Part shown: positions 41,402 to 54,577 of the stretch, in pieces | How the letters are laid out: every line of letters begins with the position of its first letter | Numbering within the stretch: position 1 is the stretch's first letter | From: Proteromonas lacertae | Taxonomy: Eukaryota | Direction of reading: 5' to 3' | Assembly (NCBI GenBank): GCA_002245135.1 | Contig: NGBS01000292.1 | Span: 62,001-126,000 of the forward strand | Length of the DNA: 64,000 nt | Program-made: the position numbers and the translations under genes | Notes under the pieces: model-generated | Seen by the model: the letters and a program-made list of their open reading frames with translations, nothing else | What the model was told of the DNA's origin: nothing | The model's database searches: none

Positions 41402-42013
41402 CTAATAATACTCTGAATCTGTCTCAGAAATCTTTTCATTACTTACATCTTTCAAAGCATTCATATTAATAACTTGTAATTCTGGTGGTAATTCAGTGTG
41501 CAACAACTCTTTTTGTTCTAAAAACACTTTCCACACTTCGCATTCTGCAAATATTTGAACCATTGTAAAAAATCGGAATTCTTGGCCAAACGCAGAAGGA
41601 ACGACTTTAGTTAAATCAAACTTCAAATAATTCCACCCGAAATTACAATTTATTGGAATTAAACATTCTTTTTCATTTATCCTTGCTGCACTAAAATCAT
41701 TACCAAATGTTATTCTTCGTCTTCTTCCTTTTTTAGTTTCAATTTCAACATCCAATCTAAAGTATTTTGCCATATTCTTTAAATAAACAATTAACACTCC
41801 CATCGCAGCTTTTCCAGGAATGATCATAGTTGCACCTTTAACAACATGATACACCTCTGCATTAACTTCTTTATCTTGAACTATTTCTATTTGTGGATCA
41901 TAAGCTATAAAATGTTAAAAAAAAATATTAATACGGGTTCTCATAGAATACCTGAGTATTCTATCGACATTTCCATCAACTGGTGGTAATAAAGGAAACA
42001 CCTGAACATCCAT
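41402..42013 (-). CDS. CFAP20: Divergent CFAP20/BUG22 homolog
   Basis: LKNMAKYFRLDVEI...RRRITFGN...GWNYLKFDL...AFG...VQIFAEC...ELPPEL follows the CFAP20 pattern. Confidence 0.75.
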
Positions 42014-42113
42014 ATTCAAAAAAATAAAAAAAGAAACGATTAGAATTATATTCGTTACAATAAAAAGTTTGAGAGAAACTTGATTTCATTTTTCTAATTT
42101 TTACTTATTCATT

Positions 42114-44294
42114 ATGTTCTTCGGTTCTAACAACAAAAAGAATATTAGTATGGGAGGGAAAAAGAAAATGATTGTATTTTTTATAGAATATTTTCAATAG
42201 ACTCGTGATGATTTACTGCAAAAAGCTAAGCATAACAAAATAGAAGTAGAATTAAACAAGAAAAAGACAGCAAACTCTATTAAAATACAATCGGTATGGA
42301 GATCAAAGTTAGCTAGAAAGCAGCTGTATAAAGATGGTATAAAACTATTATGAGTTACATTATTAGCTGTTCAGTCAATACCTTTGATTTATAATTATGA
42401 TATAACAAAAGAACTATCCAAAGTTACACAGATATTAGTATTTACAAGAGATAAGTCTGGGACAAGTTTCGAAGAGTTTATTTATACATTAAATGAGATT
42501 ATGACAAAAATAGATTTGAATGAATACTTTAAAGATAATTCTAGAGATATACTGATGTTGAAGTGTTTGAATTTTGCACAATTATTACAATTAGGTTTGT
42601 ATTATATAATTCAAAATATTTCAGACCGTGTTTTATGTGAATCAAATCTATTAAATTATTTTAATTACCTATTTGAACAACAAAATTCTATAGATTTTCT
42701 TTTTTTCATAGGAAAATTTACATTTATGGAAATTATCAATCATTTCAATGTAATTAGAGAATTATCAATATTGTATATCAATAAAAACGATCTGTGGAAG
42801 AATTACATAAAATTACTTGAAATTACTGTTCAAAATGAGATGGGTTTCAGCAATATATACAATACTATTCAAAGTGGATTAATATTAAAAAAATCAAATA
42901 GCATATCACCAATATTTATGGTGATTTATCCAATCATCACAAAATCAACCAAATACTGTGTAAAATTTTGTAATTATTTCACATATCTAATAAATACATG
43001 TAATATCAATTATCCAAATGATTTAATTTATAGTTTGGTTAGTCATATAAATGATAAAATATCATTTTTTTTTCAAAAACATACTTATATATAGTTTTTC
43101 TTTTACTTTCTTTCAAATTAGCAATGGTTATAAAGAATCACTAGAATTAATTAATATACTCATATTAAAAGAAAATAAAGAAGATTTTAATGTTTCTAAA
43201 ATCTATTCAAAATATGTATATATATATAAATATAATATAATATAATATAATTATAGTGTAAAGAGTTGGAAGAAGAAGATGATGATGAATTTGTGTTTTC
43301 TATACCATCATTATGGTTATGTTGTAAATATTCACTCACTATTTTACCTATGAAATATAAACAAATTTGTAATGAACAAATTGTTATATTATATGATAAC
43401 TTAATAAAGAGTTATAATAATAATGATAATGAGAATAGAAATTTCAATATTATTGGATTAAGTGAATTTATTGTGAATTTATTGAAAACTACAAATATTA
43501 CATATATATCCTTTTCTTCTTTTATTAAAAGAGCATTTTAATCATTTCTTTAATTCTATTTTACACTCTTCATCCTTATTACAAAAGTGAGTCATTTGAA
43601 ACGATCAAATTTATAAAGATGATTAATGATTATGATAATCATTCAATTCTTCGCAATTTATTTGAATTACATACAAAATATGATTTATCCAATATACCTA
43701 GAATATTGCAAATCTGTTTCTTAATATTCAATACATTTTATTTACTAAACAATGAACAAAACTACAACAAATATGAGTTTATAAAAGATGAAATAATTAT
43801 TGAATTTAAAACCGTTATTATGCAATATATAAGGAATAATAAAGTTAATATAAGTGATGAGAATGATTTGATTTATATTGTAAGTATTTTACACTATTAC
43901 ACTGTATTATGCAACTTACATATAATTGAAAATGACAGTGTTTTATCTTTACCACTCAACATTGAGAATTTTATGAAGAAAATAAAAAATTTCGATTATA
44001 CAGCTCATGATAAGTATAAAGAAGGGAATATTGAAGATTTAATCTTAAGTATCTTCCCTCAAGTATATATATATATATATATATAATATGATTATTAATT
44101 CTAATAGTTAATACCATTCAGTAGTCGTATAAATATATTCCAAAATTACTTGCACAATTCAATACAATCAGATTTCACTTATAGTTTTCATGATAATGTA
44201 ATAAAAGTTAAAAGAAATCAAATACTTTTAGATACAATAAGGGCTTGTTATAATAAAGAAAGTAGAATATTGAAATTTCCATCTTATGTCAGAG

Positions 44295-44325
<31 letters not shown>

Positions 44326-45567
44326 ATTGATTAGATTGCATTTGTTGATGAATATGGAGCACAAGAAGAAGGAATTGATGGAGGAGGTTTGTTTAAAGAA
44401 TATATGGAGTTATTAAATAAAGAAATATTTGAAGGGAAATATAACTTATTTATTGTATTTTTATATTTTATTATTATTATTATTATATAGTCTAATGAAG
44501 ATAATCTCCTTTATCCAAACCCTTACATTAAACCGAAAAATAAATTAGAAGATTTTGATTGTTCTATTTATTATGAATTAATTGGTAATATTATTGGAAC
44601 AGCAATCAATAGAGGAATTGTATTGAAATATCAATTTGCAGAATTCTTTTTAAACAGAGTATATATTATATATATATGTATATATAGTTAATGGGAAAAG
44701 ATATTTCATTCAGAGAGTTAGAATCATATGATAGGGAAATATATAACAGTTTATTACAATTAGCTAAATCAACAGAGTATTTTTATTATTATATATATAT
44801 AATAATTATTTTTATTTAAATAGTGAAGAGTTGGAATCATATTGCCTTACATTCTCAATAAGTAGAAAAGTGATTAAATTAAATAAAGATAAAGATGAAT
44901 CTTCTGATGATGAATTTATCACTCACGATTTGATTAAAAATGGTAGAAATATATCCGTTACAAAAGAGAATTTGATGAGTTATTTGCAGTTGTGTTTGCA
45001 ATATTATTTAAGAGATGAGATTATTGATAATAGCACTTATATTATTAGAGGATTTCATAATCAAGTTAGCCCTACAGCATTGTATTTGTTTAATCCAGTA
45101 TAATTATTATAGTTTTTAATTTATATTTATTCTAATGTATTTTATATAGGTTGAATTTGGTAATATTATCTCTGGAATTCATGTAGATATTGATATTGAA
45201 GATTTAAAGAATAATACACATTATACTTATTATATTCCTGAAGATAGATGGGTTAAATGGTTTTGGGAAGTATATATATTAGTTATTTATCTTTTTTTAC
45301 TAGATATTAAATGAAATGACTGAAAATGAAAGAAGTGATTTATTACAATTTGTGACAAGTTGTCCAAGAGCTCCATTACTCGGTTTTAAAAGTTTAAATC
45401 CAAAGTTTACTATTCAAAGAGTTAATTTGACGAAAGGGGAAATGAGACTGCCAACAAGTTCGACTTGTGTGAATTTGTTGAAATTACCAGCTTATGATTC
45501 TAAAGAAAAGATGAAAGAGAAGATTTATCAAGCTATCCCTTCTCATACTGGATTTCAGATGTCTTAA
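42114..45567 (+). CDS. HECT E3 ligase, UBE3B/UBE3C-like
   Basis: N-terminal MFFG..ISMGG and IQSVWR IQ motif. EEGIDGGGLFKE, LLQFVTSCPRAPLLGF, LPTSSTCVNLLKLP (catalytic Cys). Confidence 0.9.
43059..43116 (+). other. U12-type intron, AT-AA termini (HECT gene)
   Basis: ATATCATTTT...TTTCTTTTAC...TTCAA. This end restores NDK-ISNGYKES. Confidence 0.65.
43506..43564 (+). other. Canonical U12 AT-AC intron (HECT gene)
   Basis: ATATCCTTTT 5' site, TTTCTTTAAT branch, TAC end. The downstream exon is in frame with ORF 43619. Confidence 0.9.
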
Positions 45568-45751
45568 CCTTATTTTATTTGATATTATTGCAAATATGTG
45601 TTTGTTGTTTATTTTTCATGAAAATAATGATAATATTTCGATATTTAGTTGAAAGACATTCATTGTTCCAAATTCTATCAATAAATATGACCGTTTTATA
45701 ATTTTTGAATTTATTGTATTGAATGATATACTGGAATTAATTAGTGAAAAT

Positions 45752-46658
45752 ATGGAACAGTGTTTAAAAAGTTTGTATATAAACAGATTGAAAGTATTTC
45801 TTTAATTATATAATGTCATTTAGAATATATCTCTTCTGACAACTACAAATAATATAATCGTATATGAAATAACTTGTAGCGAGGATGATAAAAAAGAAAT
45901 AGTAAAAGTAATACTTAAAAAATGTTTTGATACTTCACATTTGAGTGATTTTAAGAACAGAATAGCAACAATAGATTTAGTTTGTTTAGAAAATGATAAT
46001 ATAATAAAAACTAACTTGTTATATGAAAATAATGACTATTCAATCTTATCTAGATATAAAGGCTGTAATGCATTTGAGACATTCGATGAGAGAGAATTCA
46101 AAGAGTATTTTGAAGAAAATGACAGTTATTCTTTGTTTAAAACAATCATTAAAGTCTTAAAAATATTTCACGAGAATGGATTATATCATGGTGGATTAAA
46201 ATTGAGTAATGTTATGATAAAAGAATGTAGTGATGAAAATGATAAAAAAGAATATGAAATTTGTGATTATTTTAATCATTTATTGAATGAAGGAGAATTA
46301 AATATATCACAAAGAAACGTGAATTACCTAAGTCCAGAAGAATTGTTAAGTAAAGAAGTGAATGAAAAGAAAGATTTGTGGAATATTGGAGTGTTATTAT
46401 ACAAAATAGTAAGTGGAAAATATCCATTTGAAGATAAGACAATAATAGCAACATGTATAAGGATAATAAATGTGGTTTATGTTGATATGGATATTGAGTA
46501 TGCAAAGTTATTAAATCCTTTAATTCATAAATTATTGATAAAAGAAAGTGAAAATCGAATATCAATAGAAGAATTTGAAATAGAAATTGATGTTATTAAT
46601 TCTCATATTTTCATTAAAACAGAAATAATTCCATATATTGAAGGTGATGAAGAGAAAG

Positions 46659-46691
<33 letters not shown>

Positions 46692-47192
46692 AATTTGTTG
46701 AGAGAGATTATACTAAATTCATTTCTATAAGTAAAGATGGTAAAACAATCACCAAAACATCTGGAATTGGTTATTCACATTGTTATTTGAATGTGGAATT
46801 GAATAAAGATATTCATCATTTCATATTCAAAATACTACATGGATATAAAAATATTATATTCTTTGGTTGTAGTTTAAATGATTCGTATGACGGAGAAGAG
46901 TTATGTTATGATGAATCATCATGTTGTATTGGATTAAAAAACGATTATTCAAAATTGTTTGGATGTAATGGAAATAAAATGAAAGGAGGTAAAATTGATG
47001 ATATTTTTGGCAAGAAAAGAGTTAAATATGAATTAATATTTAATATGAATGAAAAAACTATTTCAATTAAACAAGGAAATAAGAAAGAAGAAGTGTTATT
47101 ATTCACTAATATAAAAACACCAAGTATATCCATTTGTTAGTTTTATTATTGAAGATGATAGTGTTAGATTGGAAAAATATTGGAAAGAGTAA
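45752..47192 (+). CDS. Pseudokinase + acidic linker + SPRY-like domain protein
   Basis: YHGGLKLSN and ICDY (catalytic Asp and DFG lost), SPE, DLWNIG. C-terminal SPRY-like strands, with VYPFVSF continuing after a +1 base at about 47122. Confidence 0.7.
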
Positions 47193-47206
47193 GATATATT
47201 TATTAA

Positions 47207-48803
47207 TTATTTATTTGATTTTGTTATTAATTTACATGCTTCATAAAGGTTTTTTACTTCAACTACATCATAATTGCTTATGTCATTACTTGCACTACTT
47301 TTAACATAATAGCCTTTGCATTTGATAGATAATCCAGCTTCCATATCACTAATTCTATCTCCAATCATATATAACTCAATTTTATCAACATCAAAATCTA
47401 ACAATTTCAATATTCTACTCATTAAAGTTGAATTGGGCTTACAAAGTGAAATTCCAGCATAATCAGAATGACAAGGATATCTACATAATTAAATAATAAA
47501 AATAATTATACTTTGAATGAGGTGGATATATTATTTTATCAGGAATAGACATTATATTACTTGTTTCATCTTTCAATTCTCTACACATCACATCCATTGT
47601 ATATTCTACAGCATTTTCACTAACAAATCCATATCCAATCAAACTTTGGTTTGATATTACTATTACATAATAATTATGTAAATGCAATAATTCTATTCCT
47701 TTTCCACCACCTTCTATTATCTCCATTTCCTAATAAATAATAAAAATACAATATAAATATTGTTGAATATATATATATATATATACTCTATGACCAGTAT
47801 AATAAGCAGGTAATGTTGATATTACTCCATCTCTATCAATAAACACAACACCTTTGTATCTATCTACATTCATCAATCTATAATTCAATATTTCACTTTC
47901 TCTTTCTATTAGACTTTTGCTTTCTATGTTTATATTCATTTCTTCATCAATTTCGATTATATTATAAAAATGAGGAGAAATAGTAACTGATGGTAGTGAA
48001 GTATAATATATATTATTCTCAACTAACATTCTTTCAGTTTTATTGTTATTATAATGATTAGATGATAAAATTATATGTTTTTCTCCTTATTATCTTCTAA
48101 TTTTCTTTTTATCATCTCTCTTTCATATAATAAATATTCATCTTTATCTAATCCTGTCTTAATTCCATAATGCTGAATTTCAATTGATATTTTAACATCT
48201 TCTGATTGTAAACTATCAAGAAATATATTCATTTCTTTATCAAATCTTCTGCTTCCAGTTTTCCTTGTATATTCATCCATTATATCATCATATGATTCAT
48301 CATATTCCATTCTAAACCAATTACACCAATTATCGTTATAAATATTTGTTTGAATTTGGTTTGGATTTATATTACTTTCAGATGTATTTCCAAATATACT
48401 TTTAAATACTGATGGAATATCCTTGTCACCTATTATTACTTTATATGGAGTTTTTTCTACGACAATAAATGAAATTAATTATACTCTTATCTAAAAACGA
48501 TTTTATATCGATATAATCTTCTTTTACTTTATTTAATTCTTTATTCCATTCATCCTCATCGCAAAAGTATGTATTCTCTTTAGAATCACTCACTAAAAAC
48601 AATGGACTTTCAACAAGTGATCCAGTAAATACCATCAAGTCTATTTTGTCATTGACTGTAGATAATATCTTTTCCAATATTTCTAAACTCTATTCATTAC
48701 ACTAACACACAGATTATACCTGTCTACTATTCAACAACACGCTATTTGGAATTCCATCAATGTGATTTCTATAATTCAATCCACCAACATGCATAATTCG
48801 CAT
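47207..48803 (-). CDS. Degenerate metallophosphoesterase-like domain fused to a GmhB/HisB-type HAD phosphatase
   Basis: FIDRDGVI, VISNQS.IGYG, CKPN, MIGDRISDMEAG. N-terminal MRIMHVGGL, DLMVFTGSLV, VFGNT. Confidence 0.75.
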
Positions 48804-48967
48804 TACCTATTGAGTAAAAATGAAAAAATGAATAATGAAACGGATATATCAAGCCAAAATATAATGTTTGAGAAAGAATATCTCAATAAATTAACATAAT
48901 ATTATTCTTTCATGGTTAAAGCAAAAACATTTATGATAATACAAATTACACATAATAACAAATTATT

Positions 48968-49803
48968 CTACTTTCTACTCTTCCATATAATAATCACAAT
49001 TATACCCTATAATAATATTTAAACTATAAATATACAAGTATTACTAGCAAAACAATCACAATATACTTCCACTTTTCTTTCAACATTTCACATTTTAATC
49101 TTTTAGCATTTCTATTAAACTGTTACACTCTCTACAATTAAAATCAACTAAATCATATATATTAACAAAAAATGATATTTCTGTAGAAGATAATAAGTTA
49201 TCTGTTTTGTTAACCAATGATTCAGCTTCTTCATGGTTTTGTATCATAATTTCAATATTACTAGACATTGTGCCTTTAATATCATCTATTTTCTCTTGAG
49301 CCTGTATAATTGAATTAGCTTCTGGACTATTATATCTTTTCATTTCTTTCTTAATTGTTTTTTGAAAATCTCTCATTGCGTATGGTGCTGCTGTACGTAT
49401 AGAATCTTCGTATTCTTTTAAAAATGACTTTCCTATACATTCTAAATAAGCTTATGTTGAATTAAGAAACATTAAATCACTAAACATAAAAAAAGATATA
49501 TAGACAGTTCTTAAAGACATTCCTCTATCACTTAGAGCTATAAAATGGACTGATTCTTTAGTAAAGGAGTGAAAATCCAGTTCTCTAGTAATATAAGTAT
49601 ACTGAAGAATACTCATTATAATGATAAGTCTGCTTTGCAGAGTCATCACTGTAAGAATTGTTCTGGACTATTTTTTCTACTATTTCATCAAAATCATCTT
49701 TCTCTTTTGCTGAAGCATAGTTACAAAGCACAATATTTCTAAAATCTATAGCCACGCATATATACCTTCGAATTATAGAAGTATAAAGTAATTTTTGACT
49801 CAT
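48968..49803 (-). CDS. VAMP7: Longin R-SNARE VAMP7-like
   Basis: Longin N-terminus, TAAPYAM, IKGTMSSNIE...LVNKTDNL, C-terminal transmembrane helix. Confidence 0.85.
49123..49178 (-). other. U12-type intron, AT-AA termini (VAMP7 SNARE motif)
   Basis: ATATCATTTT...TTTTAAT...GTGTAA. Gives KTDNLLSSTE-QFNRNAKRL with correct SNARE register. Confidence 0.65.
49452..49499 (-). other. U12-type intron, AT-AA termini (VAMP7 longin domain)
   Basis: ATATCTTTTT...TTTCTTAAT...CATAA. Gives LRTVY-AYLECI. Confidence 0.75.
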
Positions 49804-49899
49804 TAATAAACCAAAAATTAATAAGAAAAAAATAAAGAATCAAATCAAAATCAAACTTTTTATCGTTTTATATTTTGATTTGTTGAATTAGAACAGGTA

Positions 49900-52068
49900 A
49901 TGAATAAATCCACAAATCGGAAAACTAAAACAAATAGTCCAATAGGTAGAAAAACACCAAAATTAGCTAAACCAGTTAAATCTAAAACTCAAAAGTCAAA
50001 CTCTCCTATAAAACGACCTGAATCCATGTTTTCTAGAGTTGATATATCAAAGAAAAGACAGGACATAGGAAAAGTGCTCTATACAAACATGTCTTTTCCC
50101 AAAATATACAATTCAGACAATTCTGAGAGAGTAGAAAGAGAAAATCTAGAAGGATTATGGATGGGTGGTATGTTAGATTATGACAAATACAAAAAAGTAT
50201 TAGAACAGAAAAGAATCCCTCCTCACTTAATAATGGTTAAGCCACACAAAAAAACTCGCAAAGAAAAGTTAAGAGAATTGATAGAACCAATTCATCCAGA
50301 TTCAGAAAGAAAAATACTTAGTGCAGTTGAGAATCAAAGACTTGAAGAATTAGAACAGAAATATTTTATACCTCAAGATAATGTATAATAAAAATAATAA
50401 ATATTTATATATATCTATATAATAGTCAATAAATTATACATATATTCATGAACTGAATAATTATCGAAAAGAAAAAGAATTACTGGATTATAAGAAAAGA
50501 AATGAAGAGCCAGTAATATCCAGTAAAATGGATAAATTATTGAAATTAACGAAGAAAGAAGAAGAAAATGCAATAAAAATCCAAAGATATTATAGAAAAG
50601 TAATGAGAAGGAGATATTATGAATTTATAAAAGATAAAATTCCATTAGTAATAAAAATACAGAAAGTATTCAGAGGATATATCACTAGAAAAATAGTTAG
50701 AAAGTATATTGTTACAAGAGTGTTTTATGTTATATTAATTCAAGTATATATATATAAATATTATAAATAGTCATTAATTAGAAGATATTTAGCAATAAAA
50801 CGTTTTAATATAATGAGACAAGATGAAATCAAGAAAATAATAAAGATTCAAAGTGTTTATCGTGGATATAAATGCCGAATGTTGGGTTTGTTTTTATACT
50901 ATAATAAATGTGCAACTAAGATTCAAAAGATATTCCGTGGATATATAATAAGATCACTAAAAAATGAAATAATGAAAGATATAAAAGCTACAAAAATAGA
51001 GAAAATATATAGAGGATTTATACAAAGAAAAAAATATAAAATATTAAGAGAGAAAGTGGAAAAGAATTGTTTAATAGTTGAAAGGATATTCCGTGGACAT
51101 GTGTTTAGAGAAAATCATAATAAATTGCTGTTTGAAAATGAAATGAGAGAAAAAGAGTTGTATATAAATCATTTAAGATCAAAAATCAGTGTTATAGATA
51201 TATTAATCGATAAAACTCATATATTGAAGAGTAATTTACATTATAAAACAGAGCATAATGAATATAATTTGAAATTAATGAGTATTAGAAGTGATGTATA
51301 TATATATATAATATAATATAATTTATGATATTGTTATAATAGATAAGAGTTCATGAAAAGAGTTATTTGCAGAATGAAAGAGAGTTAAATAAAATGGGAA
51401 GTAGTTACTTAGAAAGTGGTGATATAGAAAAATTGAATGATGATATAAGAAATGAAAGAAAAATAATATCAAAGCTAAAATATAATTTTCTATTTGAAGT
51501 TTCAATAGAGAAGAAAGAGTTAGAAGAGAAATATAAAGATTATAAGAATAGAATGAAAAAACATATGAATGAGAAGGAATGTTTAATGAGAATTCTGAAT
51601 GAAGAAATAAAAGGAAAAGAGAAAAGACTGAAGAAATATAAAGAAAATGAAGAAGAAATGGAATTGAAATATAAAATTGGTGAAGAAAAAAGAAAATGGG
51701 TTATTCGAAAATATAGACGAAATGGAAAAATAGATTATAATCATAGATTTGGATTGAAGAAAGAAGAAAAAATTGAAAGTGAAAGAAGTGATAATAATAA
51801 TAATTGTAAAGAAAAAGTGATAAATTATGAAGAAGAGAATGTGAATATGAAATTGTTCAGTAAATTTAACAAGTTAATTGAGCCAATGTTGATAGATTTA
51901 GATAAAGAGAAATACAACATGAATGGTTATGAGGAAGTGTATGATTTAAGTAATGTAAATAAAGATGGAATAGTTGAATTAACTAAAGTTCCTAAACGAA
52001 AAGAATATATATCAAAAATGCCTTGGGATTTACTGGAGAGTTTGGAAAATGAACAAAATGATATTTAA
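49900..52068 (+). CDS. Multi-IQ-motif coiled-coil protein
   Basis: Repeated IQxxxRGY motifs (IQKVFRGY, IQSVYRGY, IQKIFRGY) followed by a K/E-rich coiled coil. Confidence 0.8.
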
Positions 52069-52123
52069 TTAATAAACAATGAATAATTTAATTAAAATAT
52101 TTATATTTATTTGATTTTGTTTT

Positions 52124-54249
52124 CTAATTTTGATGAGAAAATGATAATATTTCCATTGAAGTATTTTGATAATAAATATATACATATGGATATAATGGAG
52201 AAGGTAAATCTTTAACAATTAAAACAGGAGATGAATTATTATAACTTATCCAAAATTCTCTTTTATTCATATTAACAATCACTTCATAAATAGAACCATC
52301 TCCACAATCATTAAAATTTGGATTTTTATTAACAATTCTTCCAATATAACATTTTGATGTAATATCTTGTACTTTTACCATCATCTGCCCAATAATTACA
52401 TGTTGTTGATTGACTATAAATAGAATTCATCACCAGAATATGTATTATTAGTTGATAATCCTATACATGTATGATCATTTTTACTTCCATTTTGATGAAA
52501 TTTATATTTGATATGGTAAATTCCCCTTTCCATTTTCAAATTTAAATAACAATTATTACGATTATTTTCTTGACTTTTAATCAATTTGCCATTGTTTGAT
52601 ATTACAATTTTACCATATTTGTTTAATTCTGTGAATTTTACTTCTGTAAATTCTAATGACATTTTAAATTTCTTTTCATTTAGATTATTCTTACAACTTA
52701 CTTCATATTCTCTCTTTTCGATTACTTTATCTGCTTTTCCATGAATTATCCCACTTTCTTTATCTATCATCAATCCATCAGGCAATGAAGGAATGATTGA
52801 AAATTCACATTTTGATCCATCAAATGAAGGAATTATTGAAATTTCTTCATTTAACCCAAATAAATATTCTGATTGAGGATATGAAAATGATGTGATTTCT
52901 TTCATTACTAATTCTTCTAGTAATACTTTATCAACTATTATTTTATTCATTTCTTCTTCTTCTTTTTCACTTAATTTCATTTGTTGAATATAGCTGATTA
53001 ATAATTCTTTGGATTTAGAATTTAAATAATAATTTTCATTCAACATCCTAAAAAGAACATCTATACCACAAAGACAAACAATTGTTGATAAATAATTATC
53101 ATTAACAAATAAACATAAACATCTTAATGTTCGATTTCTTTTTCTTTCTCCATATTCCATACATAATCTTCCCAATAATCTACTCTTTATATCAACAGGA
53201 ATTATTTCTGATATTTTTATTTCTATTATTATGTTAAGTATTATTTCCACTATTATTATATCTTCGTTATTTAATAGTTTTATTATTTCATCTTTTACTT
53301 CTTCTTTGTTTAATATCATCTTTTCTCTTTCATCCATTATCATTTTATCTTCTTCAACATAATAATACTCATGTATTATTCCAACTAATTCAGCATTTTG
53401 AATATCTTTGTTTTTTATACAAATATGATTATTTTGTTTTTCTTTTATTTCTATATCCAATTCTTTTAGAATATTCAAATTATCTTCTTCTATTTCTTCT
53501 TTCTTTACTTCAAATATATTTATCTCATTTTTCAGAATTGCCTTAAACTCCATTGATTCTTCTTCATTATCTGCTTTATCTTTTAATACACTTCTATACC
53601 ATTTTAATAAGCGATTCAATAACCATGTCTCATCTATTATCATCAGTTCTTTGCTGTTGAAAATGAATTTTATAGAGTTTATATTCTGTTTCATTAATAA
53701 CTCATCTATTTAAATATAAATAATTATTATATTATACCTTCATTCAAATACTTAAATCCATTCTTATTCAAGTATTTTTCACTCATCTCCTGCAATTCTT
53801 TTAGTATATCATCATTTACATTCATTTTGTATAATATATCAAATATTTCTATCATTATTACATCAGTTAAATGAGTTTTTAAGTATTTGTAACACAAACT
53901 TATTATTCGATTGTCATTGTAATATATACTAAATCTCAATATATCACAAATGTTACTCTCATTCAATTCCATACAACCACCACTGTAGAATTTCTCTATC
54001 TCTAAAAATGAACTTATTTCACATTTTTCATAGAGTTCTAATACTCCATTCAGTTTGTCATCCATCAGTAACTGCTTAATTATAGAATTTCCATTCATTA
54101 AGATACTTTTCACACAAGTCACTTCTTCACTTCCAATTTTTACTTTCACATCGCCATAACCATTATTCACCAGTATTCTACACAGCCTATAAAATCAAAT
54201 ATTAACTTTTATACCCATTTTGGCCAATTTCATTATCAATTACTTTCAT
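52124..54249 (-). CDS. BTB(-BACK) + He_PIG-like Ig domain + SPRY-like protein
   Basis: GDVKVKIG BTB, PSLPDGLMIDKESGIIHG Ig motif, PLYPYV SPRY-like end. Apparent frameshifts at about 52350-52420. Confidence 0.7.
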
Positions 54250-54577
54250 TTCAGCAAAAAAAAAGATTTTGGAGCAATTTTTGAAATTAATTCGTTTCAT
54301 TCTCATTCAAATCAGTTACATTGAATAAATAAAGAATGAGAGGTAGTAGATATAAATAAGAATAAGAAATAAAGAATATGAATATATATGAAATGAATGA
54401 TGTTAACAAAAATATTCATAATCTTTGCTTTAATTGAATTAAGCCTGTAGTTTGTTTATAATGAAAATACAATTATGAAGACTATTTTAGACATATGCAC
54501 GATGATATGATGTGTATAATGAGCATTTAAGATAAATTTTTATATATTCATCAAAAATAAACATATTAAAGAAATAA

